NCBI GenBank assembly: GCA_035292445.1
Contig: DATDQB010000013.1
Span: forward strand, 7,884-71,883
Reading direction: 5' to 3'
DNA: 64,000 nucleotides
Origin: Candidatus Omnitrophota bacterium
Lineage (GTDB): Bacteria > Omnitrophota > Gorgyraeia > Zapsychrales > Zapsychraceae
Made by a program: the position numbers and the translations under genes. Within the stretch, counting starts at the first letter, position 1; each line of letters begins with the position of its first letter. Positions 56,473-64,000 of this stretch are shown one piece after another. Below the pieces are notes generated by a model. That model worked only from the letters and a program-made list of their open reading frames with translations, had not been told where the DNA came from and searched no databases.

Positions 56473-56820
56473 TTATTTCTTCTTGATCTTATTATTCTGA
56501 TCCAAATAAACGATCTTTGTTTTGGCGGTTTTCGCTTCTTTTGGATCCATAATAGCGTAGCTAAGGATAACGACCTGGTCCCCCACCAAGCCCAGCCGGG
56601 CGGCCGGGCCGTTAAGGCAGATCTCTCCCGTTTTACCGGCGATCGCATAGGTCGTGAAACGATTGCCGTTATTCATGTTCAACACTTCGACCTTCTCACC
56701 GGGGATAATATCGGCGGCCTTTAAAACAGCCTCATCAACGGTGATACTGCCTTCATAATGAAGCTGGGCCTCCGTGATGTGCCCGTGACCGATCTTTGAT
56801 TTGCAGAATTCGATGAACAT
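56473..56820 (-). CDS. panD: Aspartate 1-decarboxylase
   Basis: KSKIGHGHITEAQLHYEGSITVD with the Gly-Ser self-cleavage site, 115 aa. Confidence 0.9.
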   Translation of the reverse strand: MFIEFCKSKIGHGHITEAQLHYEGSITVDEAVLKAADIIPGEKVEVLNMNNGNRFTTYAIAGKTGEICLNGPAARLGLVGDQVVILSYAIMDPKEAKTAKTKIVYLDQNNKIKKK

Positions 56821-56840
56821 TGTAAAAACTCCAGTTTATT

Positions 56841-56904
56841 GTTAATAGTAAATAGCGAATGGTTAATCGTCCGATGCGCCTGCGATTAACTATTTACTAT
56901 TAAC
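56841..56904. terminator. Extended AT-rich palindrome between trxA and panD
   Basis: GTTAATAGTAAATAG ... CTATTTACTATTAAC are perfect 15-nt arms, with an inner TTAATCG/CGATTAA pair. On the mRNA it is followed by AAUAAACUGGAGUUUUUACA and then AUG. Confidence 0.45.
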
Positions 56905-56912
56905 TATTAACA

Positions 56913-57233
56913 TCACAACTGCGGCTTGATCTTTTCCAACATCTGCTCTTTCGACATCGCACCGATCAGCATTTCCACCGGCTTACCGGCCTTGAAGATG
57001 ATCAGCGTCGGGATCGACATAATACTGAACCTGGCGGCTAACTCCTGCTCATCATCCACATTGATTTTCGCGACTTTAAGTTTACCGGCCAGATCCTTGG
57101 AGATCTCCTCCACAACGGGAGCGATCATCCGGCATGGCCCGCACCATTCGGCCCAGAAATCGACCAATACCGGCTTGGGTGATTTTAATACCTCAGCTTC
57201 AAAATTCTTCTCGTTCACTTCTAAAACAGACAT
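56913..57233 (-). CDS. trxA: Thioredoxin. Start moved to ATG MSVLEVN, which has a GGAGGA Shine-Dalgarno.
   Basis: The WCGPC active site. Confidence 0.9.
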   Translation of the reverse strand: MSVLEVNEKNFEAEVLKSPKPVLVDFWAEWCGPCRMIAPVVEEISKDLAGKLKVAKINVDDEQELAARFSIMSIPTLIIFKAGKPVEMLIGAMSKEQMLEKIKPQL

Positions 57234-57337
57234 CCCACTCCTCCTCAAAATAAATTACTATAATCTAAATATTAATCTTATTTTTTGATTTGCCTATTAT
57301 AACATCCCTAAAATCAAGTGCAACCAAAAATATCGGC

Positions 57338-58483
57338 CTATAAATAGTAGAATTTGAGGTATTGATAAAGGGTCCGCAAAAGGCATATCATATAAAAAAA
57401 TGTGAAATAACTCAACAAAAAGGTCCGCAGCTTTTCCTGTTTGACCATCTCACCCAACCCTTTGACGGTCATATAAATAATAAAGGGGGAGAAAAACAAC
57501 GTAAGCCTTTCTCCCGTAAACGGATATAACTGAAGGCTCCCCAAAACAAACAGCTCGATAAAAAGAAACAGGCCCACGCTTTCCAAATGGTAAAATTTAA
57601 GCCCATCCTTCCATACCCGCCTGAACCCATAGCCCAATAAGGCAAACATACAAAAGGGGATGAAAAGCGAGGCCGCGTAACGCTGCGGTTTGTTGCCGTC
57701 AAAAGGATAAACCACCATCCGTCTGACGCCGTCGCCGAACTTATCCCAGAAACACACCCAGGAATCGTAGCAGATAAAATGCCCGTCCCAATATTCAACG
57801 CCTGGCAAGGTGATGGAGTGGCGCACATCGAACCAATAAAATAAGACCAGGCAACAAAGAGAAACCAGGGCGTTTGTCAAAAAAAGCGGCAAGACTTTTC
57901 TGTTTTTTCCTAGCTGAAGCAAAAAATTCCAGCCCGTAAGCCAGAAAACAAACAACCCGGCGTAAGAAAAAAAGATCAGTAACGGCAGAAGTGCCACGAT
58001 AACGTAGTCCTTCCGCCGCGGGGCCATCCCCTCGAACACGCGTTGGTAATGGACATACAGCGTAAAGATGGCGACAACCAGCACGTCCATGGAATACGGC
58101 TTCAATTCAGCCGCGTAATAAGAAAACTTATAAGAGGCCGTCATGGCAAAAACAGCCAATAACGCGAGCCAATCATTCCTGCTGTCCGTTCTTAACAGCC
58201 GGGCCAAGATGAGAAAAGCGCCCCCCATGCATAACAATGAAAAAAACCGTAAGGCCAAGACGTGGTTATCGAAATTGGCGGCGAATGCCTTGATGGCAAT
58301 TAAATAAACCCTGGGGAAAGACTGGGTGGGTTCCAGCGGGCCGAACAACTGCCCATAATCAAGTGCTATGATATTTTTATAAACAAACCCTTCGTCCAGC
58401 CAAAGAGGCCGGGCCGTGAAATAATGCAGAAGGCACAACGCGGCAAATAGGAGAACGCATCCTCGGATGAGTTTAACGGCCAT
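57338..58483 (-). CDS. GT-C-like integral membrane protein; candidate polyprenyl-phosphate-sugar glycosyltransferase
   Basis: About 11 TM helices and a first-loop acidic motif (WLDEGF), 381 aa. Confidence 0.55.
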   Translation of the reverse strand: MAVKLIRGCVLLFAALCLLHYFTARPLWLDEGFVYKNIIALDYGQLFGPLEPTQSFPRVYLIAIKAFAANFDNHVLALRFFSLLCMGGAFLILARLLRTDSRNDWLALLAVFAMTASYKFSYYAAELKPYSMDVLVVAIFTLYVHYQRVFEGMAPRRKDYVIVALLPLLIFFSYAGLFVFWLTGWNFLLQLGKNRKVLPLFLTNALVSLCCLVLFYWFDVRHSITLPGVEYWDGHFICYDSWVCFWDKFGDGVRRMVVYPFDGNKPQRYAASLFIPFCMFALLGYGFRRVWKDGLKFYHLESVGLFLFIELFVLGSLQLYPFTGERLTLFFSPFIIYMTVKGLGEMVKQEKLRTFLLSYFTFFYMICLLRTLYQYLKFYYL

Positions 58484-58506
58484 GGGAAATGTTTTGGGTG
58501 TTTGTC

Positions 58507-60402
58507 CTATCTCATGTACTTGTCATGCCACAACTGGAATACCATAACCATAAAGAGCTCTTTACCGTGATTCGCCGTACCATTGAGGTGAGCGTTCATC
58601 ATTTGGGCGATGAATTCGTTCCTGAAAAATCCGCTCCTACCCAGCGCCTCTTTTGTCAGCGTGCCCTGAAGAAGGCCTTTGAGATCGCGGCGGAACCACG
58701 CGTCAATGGGGGAAGAAAGACCGTGCTTGGGCCTGTCGATGATCTCCGCCGGCAATAAGCCTTTGACGGCCCCGCGGACAAACTTTTTCGGCCTAAATAC
58801 ACCCGTTTTCAATTGGGACGGCAACCGGGCCGAGAACTCCACCAGCCGATGGTCCAAAAAAGGCACCCTGGCTTCCAAGGAAACGGCCATGGAAACGCGG
58901 TCAAGCTTGGTCAACATATCCTCGACCAAGGACGTTTTAATGTCGAGATACAACCGCCTTGAGAGAAAATCGAAATCATCCTTGTCCTTCAAATAAGCTT
59001 TATGGGCCTGCAAGGAAAAATCTTCCTTAAGGATCCCCTGACGGGAAAATAGGTCCTTTTTCTGGTCATAGCTGAAGCTGTAGAGCCCTTCGACGTAACG
59101 GTCATCATCGCTTAAGCTCATCAACCTCGTTTTTTTCTCGGCCCCGTGAAAGAAGTTGTAAAGCCCGCGGCTTCTTACCGACATCCTTTTGCCTAAATGG
59201 AACATCGGCAATAAAACCCTTTCTCTGATAAAAGGCGGGACCATTTTGTAGCCTTGGGCCATGCTTTCAGAGCCGTAGCGTTCATACCCGGCGAAAATTT
59301 CATCGCAACCGTCGCCGGTCAGGACAACCTTGACGCGCTCCCGGGCATGTTTGGCCAGAACATAAGTGGGAAAAGCCGCGTAGTCGGCAAAAGGCTCGTC
59401 AAAAAAGTGGACATACTCATCCATCAGATCGAACACATCAGCGTCCACATGGAAAACATGATGCCTGGACTTATATTGATCGGCGACCATTTTCGCAAAA
59501 CGCGTTTCATCATGGTAACCGCCCCCTTCGAAGCCAATAGTAAATGTTTGGACCGGCTGATCACTTAATAAGCTCATATTGGCGACAACGCTGCTGGAGT
59601 CGATCCCGCCGCTTAAGAATGCCCCCACAGGCACATCGCTGAGCATCTGCAACTTGACCGCATCATTTAAAAGATAACGGAATTCCTCCTCATACTCACC
59701 GAGAGATTTATGGGCAGGCTCCCGGGAGAAATCCACGTCCCAATATTGCTTAACAATGCTCTTGCCGTCTTCGCAAAGCAAGATCGTCCCCGCGGATAAT
59801 TTCCTAATGTTCTGGAACATGGAAAAAGGCGCCGGCACATAATTAAAACTTAAATAAAGGTCAAGGGCCTCCGGGTCCACCTTCCGTTCAACGCTGCGGT
59901 CTTCGATGATCGCCTTGATCTCCGAGGCGAAGAGAAGTTTTTCGTTGTCCAGATAATAATACAACGGTTTGATGCCTAAGCGGTCGCGCGCCAGCACAAG
60001 GCGCTGGTTTCCCGAATCCCAAATGGCGAAGGCGAACATCCCGTTGAGTTTATTCACGCAATCGTTGCCGAATTCTTCATACGCATGAAGGACGACCTCA
60101 GTATCGCTGTTGGTGCAAAACCGGTGCCCGCGGGATTTCAGGTCGCTGCGCAATTGCTGATAATTATAGATCTCACCGTTGAATACGATACTTTTGGTGT
60201 GGTCTTCGTTGAAGATCGGCTGATGCCCCCCTTCAATGTCAATGATGCTGAGCCGGCGTATGCCGAAGGCGAAATTATAATCCTCATAAACGCCTTCATC
60301 ATCGGGCCCGCGGTGAATAAGCGCGCGGTTCATCGCTTCGATCAAGCCCGGCTCGATTCTTTTGTTTCGGTCAAAATATAATTTCCCGGTGATCCCGCAC
60401 AT
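58507..60402 (-). CDS. asnB: Asparagine synthetase B-type glutamine amidotransferase (AsnB/WbpS-like)
   Basis: N-terminal MCGI Ntn-glutaminase plus a PP-loop SGGIDSS synthetase domain, 631 aa. Confidence 0.88.
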   Translation of the reverse strand: MCGITGKLYFDRNKRIEPGLIEAMNRALIHRGPDDEGVYEDYNFAFGIRRLSIIDIEGGHQPIFNEDHTKSIVFNGEIYNYQQLRSDLKSRGHRFCTNSDTEVVLHAYEEFGNDCVNKLNGMFAFAIWDSGNQRLVLARDRLGIKPLYYYLDNEKLLFASEIKAIIEDRSVERKVDPEALDLYLSFNYVPAPFSMFQNIRKLSAGTILLCEDGKSIVKQYWDVDFSREPAHKSLGEYEEEFRYLLNDAVKLQMLSDVPVGAFLSGGIDSSSVVANMSLLSDQPVQTFTIGFEGGGYHDETRFAKMVADQYKSRHHVFHVDADVFDLMDEYVHFFDEPFADYAAFPTYVLAKHARERVKVVLTGDGCDEIFAGYERYGSESMAQGYKMVPPFIRERVLLPMFHLGKRMSVRSRGLYNFFHGAEKKTRLMSLSDDDRYVEGLYSFSYDQKKDLFSRQGILKEDFSLQAHKAYLKDKDDFDFLSRRLYLDIKTSLVEDMLTKLDRVSMAVSLEARVPFLDHRLVEFSARLPSQLKTGVFRPKKFVRGAVKGLLPAEIIDRPKHGLSSPIDAWFRRDLKGLLQGTLTKEALGRSGFFRNEFIAQMMNAHLNGTANHGKELFMVMVFQLWHDKYMR

Positions 60403-60407
60403 AGCTC

Positions 60408-61457
60408 TTAACGCTCCTTACCTAAAACATCCTCCCACACGCCCATGGCCCCGGTGAGGGAGTATTCATCCTTTTTTTCTTGCGCGATCTTTCTCGCGTT
60501 CTCTGACAGCTTCGCGTAGAACTGACGGTCGCTTAAAAGCCGGTAACACGCCTCGCTAAAGGCCCTGACATTAAGCGGCTCAACGACCAGGGCATTATCT
60601 TCATGCCTGGCCACATCTGTTATGTCCCCCACCGCCGGCACGACGCAAGGTAAGCCGGCGCTCATCGCCTCAACAACGGCCATCGGAAGCCCTTCCGATT
60701 CGGACGTCAGGAGAAAAACTTTTGAACCGTTCAAACAAGAATAGATATCCCTTTGATACCCGGCAACAGTGACCTGGCGCTGCAGGCTCTTCTCATTGAT
60801 GAATTTCTTTATTTCAGATTCTACGGGGCCCTCACCTACAATTAGGACGCGGACATCGCTCATTCTTTTTCTTAAATCTTCGATGACATCTAAAAATATG
60901 TCCAACCTTTTGACCTTCGTGAAGCTACCGATAAAAATAATGTCGTATTGACGCTCACTCTCTTTCCCTGCCTGCCGGGAAAACGCAAAAACGTTGGGAG
61001 GGATAAATATTTTCCCGCTTTCCGCCCCTTGCTGCAGAAGGTATTCCCTGGATGCTTTTCCTCTCACGCCTACTCGATAGGCGCTTCTTACGGCATAATT
61101 AAACAGGCGGTTGTTGCGCCAATATCCCGGCTCTTCCGCCAGCACCATAACGAATTTCCTGTTAAAGATCTTACCGACCAATAAAGCCAGGAGGGCGTGC
61201 GGCCAGAAATGGATACCGATAGCATAAGAGAACCGGCATCTGAAATTGACCATCAATGCCGCGAAGAATAAATACACGTAAGAAAGGAATTGGCACCATC
61301 TTAAAACGCCCGGCGGAGTGACACATGTGACTTTCTCATGCGCCAGCGGGTTGATCCTCAATAGCACTATCCGTTTAACATCCCCCCGATTGACAAGAGG
61401 CAATATCTTGGAAATAAGTTTGTGCTCGGCTAACCCTGCAAAAATTAAGATATCCAT
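60408..61457 (-). CDS. Family 4 (GT-B) glycosyltransferase. Start moved to MDILIFAGL.
   Basis: The E...E motif region (TSESEGLPMAVVEAMSAGLP). Confidence 0.75.
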   Translation of the reverse strand: MDILIFAGLAEHKLISKILPLVNRGDVKRIVLLRINPLAHEKVTCVTPPGVLRWCQFLSYVYLFFAALMVNFRCRFSYAIGIHFWPHALLALLVGKIFNRKFVMVLAEEPGYWRNNRLFNYAVRSAYRVGVRGKASREYLLQQGAESGKIFIPPNVFAFSRQAGKESERQYDIIFIGSFTKVKRLDIFLDVIEDLRKRMSDVRVLIVGEGPVESEIKKFINEKSLQRQVTVAGYQRDIYSCLNGSKVFLLTSESEGLPMAVVEAMSAGLPCVVPAVGDITDVARHEDNALVVEPLNVRAFSEACYRLLSDRQFYAKLSENARKIAQEKKDEYSLTGAMGVWEDVLGKER

Positions 61458-61476
61458 CACGCTGACCAACGCTAGA

Positions 61477-62556
61477 TTATGGCACGCTTGGTTGATGGTC
61501 ATGCCGCTCGATGCGGGCAGACATTTGACGGGATCCCCATTTCCTCTCGACGAAATCAACGAGCCATTGGGTTAGGTCCACCTTTTCTTTTAAAAGACGG
61601 GCCCTTCGCTGCTGCCACTTCTGCTTGATCGAAGGATCGGACAGCAGCTCATTGAGTTTTTCCAAGGCCTTGTCTTCTTCGGTGCATGTTAAAAGAAGCC
61701 CGTATCGATCGCTAAGCTCTTTATGGACGCCGTGATGCAGGCTGCTCACGTAAATGGAAGGCGTCCCTAAAAGGGCGGCTTCGGTCGCCATGGTCGCGCC
61801 TTCCCCGATATATAACCTCGCCAGCGATAAAAGATCGTGCATCTTGGCGGGGTTGATGGCCAAGCGATAAGCTTCAAATTCCGCCGGCAAGGAAGCCTCC
61901 GCCGAGATAAACACGCGGCCGCGGCGCTTGAGCGTTTCGATCAATTTCCTTTTTCCTTCCGGCGAAAACCCTTTATGGCCGGCGTCGTGGGTGGCATCCC
62001 AGGCGATAAAACGCACCACAAAAAAATTCTCTTCCCTGCTTAGCCCAAGCTCTTTGAGGATCCCCTCATCCGGTGTGAAACGCTTTGGATGCAGATACGC
62101 AAGCTCATGGAACCCTTCGTACCGGACGTGTTTGGCGCCGAAGTCCCTTTGAAAGCTGCGCGGGGATGCGATCACTTCCGAAAAAGGAACGTAAGGCAGA
62201 TGGACCCGCATCGTTGCTTCCGTATCGGTGAGCATTAGGGAGTGTTTCTTGAAAAGTTTCGCGTAATGGCTCCCCCGGATGGAGCCGTGCCCGACGATCA
62301 GATCCGGATCAAAGTCCTTGACGGCTTTCATGAATTTATAATCAAGGATCGGGATGCTCAATATCTTGCGAAATAAACCCTTACCCGTGCGCCCTAAAGG
62401 TACGTAGCTCAAACCATGCTCATCCAGCAGCCGAAAGGCGATGTCCTTATCCACCGAAGTGATCAGGACCTCATGGCCCCTTTGCCTCATCTCGAGGATA
62501 AAATGCCTGAACAAATGCACGTGGGCCGGATGGCCGATATCGACGACAATGCGCAT
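61477..62556 (-). CDS. DUF354 family protein (predicted GT-B-like glycosyltransferase)
   Basis: Hallmark N-terminus MRIVVDIGHPAHVHLF, 359 aa. Confidence 0.7.
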   Translation of the reverse strand: MRIVVDIGHPAHVHLFRHFILEMRQRGHEVLITSVDKDIAFRLLDEHGLSYVPLGRTGKGLFRKILSIPILDYKFMKAVKDFDPDLIVGHGSIRGSHYAKLFKKHSLMLTDTEATMRVHLPYVPFSEVIASPRSFQRDFGAKHVRYEGFHELAYLHPKRFTPDEGILKELGLSREENFFVVRFIAWDATHDAGHKGFSPEGKRKLIETLKRRGRVFISAEASLPAEFEAYRLAINPAKMHDLLSLARLYIGEGATMATEAALLGTPSIYVSSLHHGVHKELSDRYGLLLTCTEEDKALEKLNELLSDPSIKQKWQQRRARLLKEKVDLTQWLVDFVERKWGSRQMSARIERHDHQPSVP

Positions 62557-62560
62557 AGGA

Positions 62561-63592
62561 TTATCCGCTCCGGGCTAAAATTTCCTGTGGCTCCATCGCT
62601 AAGCCGCCATCCACATAGCGGACGACCTCTTTCATGGTGCGGAAACTCACTTCATCAAATTCCTTGAGCATCTTAAGGAACCTCTTGTAAAATTCCTTGC
62701 GCCCCATCATATTGTGCGGATGCATCAAGATAACGCATGCTCCGTTGAGCAAAACCGTTTCTCTGATAAATCGGTGCATCGAATCCAGCATCACATCTTC
62801 TTGCGTCCTCGTGTCGCGAAGATAATTGTCATCCTGGACCATGAGCGGCAATTCCCAAATCCCGTACGGCTTCAGGTAGACCGGAAAGGGAAGCTTCACG
62901 CTGTTATAGAACGGGGATGCGATCTGGAAAGATGAATCGTACAAAAGATGAAGCCGCTTCAATTGCCGCAACAGCTGATCGCTTAAACTTAATGCCGGGG
63001 AACGATAGCCCACCACGTCGAAGCCTTCCAAAGCGTTCAATGCCCTGCTTAATTGCTCGAGCATGGTGGCCTCATCCCGGAACGCGAAGCCCTGGTCGTG
63101 CGTAAGCCCATGCAGGCCGATCTCAAAGCCGCCTTCGGCCAAGGCCTTCAGCAACGCCGGGTCCAACGGATAATCATCGCCGGTAAGAAATTGGAACGTC
63201 GCCGCTACCCCGAAATGCTGGTTGATGGCGGCCATTTCTTTAACGAACGCCGCCCCTTCCCGGGTATCAACGTCATGGCAAAGGCAGACAACGGCCCTTT
63301 TTCCCCACCACGGCCTTGCGTTAAGCATTTTTATTCTTTCAACGATCTTTTTGTTCTCTTCAAAATCCAAAGGATAATGGAGCTTCAACATGCGCCCGGG
63401 ATTACGTAAACGCTTGGCCATATCGGTGGATAACCAGCGTATCGAAGAAGGCATTTTGTTGACTACCGGCGAGGCGAACCGGCGGATGAACTTTTCTTGA
63501 AAAGGGATTTCTTTGACCTCAAAAAGGCCGTCCACATCGATGCCTTCGGATTGAATGATGTCGAAATGGTTATGGAGGTTGGCGGGGATCAT
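62561..63592 (-). CDS. Polysaccharide deacetylase (CE4/NodB-like)
   Basis: The NodB motifs HDVD and GLHGLTHD plus conserved His. Confidence 0.75.
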   Translation of the reverse strand: MIPANLHNHFDIIQSEGIDVDGLFEVKEIPFQEKFIRRFASPVVNKMPSSIRWLSTDMAKRLRNPGRMLKLHYPLDFEENKKIVERIKMLNARPWWGKRAVVCLCHDVDTREGAAFVKEMAAINQHFGVAATFQFLTGDDYPLDPALLKALAEGGFEIGLHGLTHDQGFAFRDEATMLEQLSRALNALEGFDVVGYRSPALSLSDQLLRQLKRLHLLYDSSFQIASPFYNSVKLPFPVYLKPYGIWELPLMVQDDNYLRDTRTQEDVMLDSMHRFIRETVLLNGACVILMHPHNMMGRKEFYKRFLKMLKEFDEVSFRTMKEVVRYVDGGLAMEPQEILARSG

Positions 63593-64000
63593 TTGCTCAT
63601 TTCCATATCAAACCACATGCCGAACAAAAGGAACTGAAGGCCCGTGATGATAGAAAGCGCACACAAAATGGCCGTCGGGCCGGTCGCTTTCCCGGAAACA
63701 ATAAAAAATTCTTTATAGATCAATTCAAACCCTAAATACAACCCGTAAGGGAACAAGATCATGCCCGCGAAAAAGAAAAAGACCAACGGGTGAAAATCCA
63801 AGTAAATATACTTGAATATCATGCGCCAAAAAAATCCCTTCAGGAGCATCGGGGAAACCCTTAACGCATATTTAAGCCCCTTGATCTGCGACTGGCGCTC
63901 GCCTTCCAAATAAACGGGCGTTCGCGCCACATCCAGCACGCGAAACCCGTAGGCGTTCAGCCGGATGAGAAAGTCCATCGGATAACCGTATCTTTTATAA
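63589..64000 (-). CDS. GT2 glycosyltransferase, C-terminal portion with TM helices; the 5' end lies beyond the window
   Basis: The reading frame is open to the window edge. The C-terminus is hydrophobic like ArnC or bactoprenol glucosyltransferase. Confidence 0.55.
   Translation of the reverse strand, partial: YKRYGYPMDFLIRLNAYGFRVLDVARTPVYLEGERQSQIKGLKYALRVSPMLLKGFFWRMIFKYIYLDFHPLVFFFFAGMILFPYGLYLGFELIYKEFFIVSGKATGPTAILCALSIITGLQFLLFGMWFDMEMSK

Overview
This 64 kb window is gene-dense and almost entirely minus-strand. It reads as core chromosome of a diderm (LPS-producing) bacterium at about 50% GC.

I can support these blocks by protein-level recognition:
- lolD (partial)-lolC and lysS.
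- A lipid A and outer-membrane assembly cluster: lpxI, lpxA, an lpxC-fabZ fusion, lpxD, skp and bamA.
- rpsF-ssb-rpsR-rplI-dnaB.
- pth-ctc(rplY)-prs-glmU-tRNA-Gln-spoVG-ispE, a Bacillus-like order.
- hisG, then a divergent ppiD-like gene.
- tlpA-like, cutA, pgeF, rmuC.
- An accessory-looking stretch (about 25.2-30.6 kb): two unknown envelope proteins, a queH plus small-unknown-gene cassette bracketed by two copies of a roughly 80-nt palindromic element, a PEBP protein and an EndoIII-like protein.
- ABC-F, rRNA and tRNA modification enzymes, a split phosphorelay (REC, Hpt, PAS hybrid kinase) and an M48 protease.
- Envelope glycosylation genes: GT2, WbpD-like and WbpB-like enzymes, several GT-C membrane proteins, then at the window end an AsnB/GT4/DUF354/deacetylase/GT2 locus.
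- greA, yggT, mscS, an mla operon with an embedded lipoprotein, and lipA-def-panD-trxA.

I found no rRNA, CRISPR array, transposase or integrase.

Nothing here is a clear-cut new defence system. The best leads are:
- the palindrome-flanked queH cassette with a heptamer repeat in its promoter;
- an unknown secreted/lipoprotein pair;
- a SpoVG carrying a zinc-ribbon insertion;
- a structured duplicated leader before lolC;
- a very basic 33-aa ORF.

One caveat: the ORF track accepts GTG and TTG starts, so several starts were moved to the first plausible ATG. My hand-indexed coordinates (tRNA, repeats, small ORFs) may be off by 1-2 nt.
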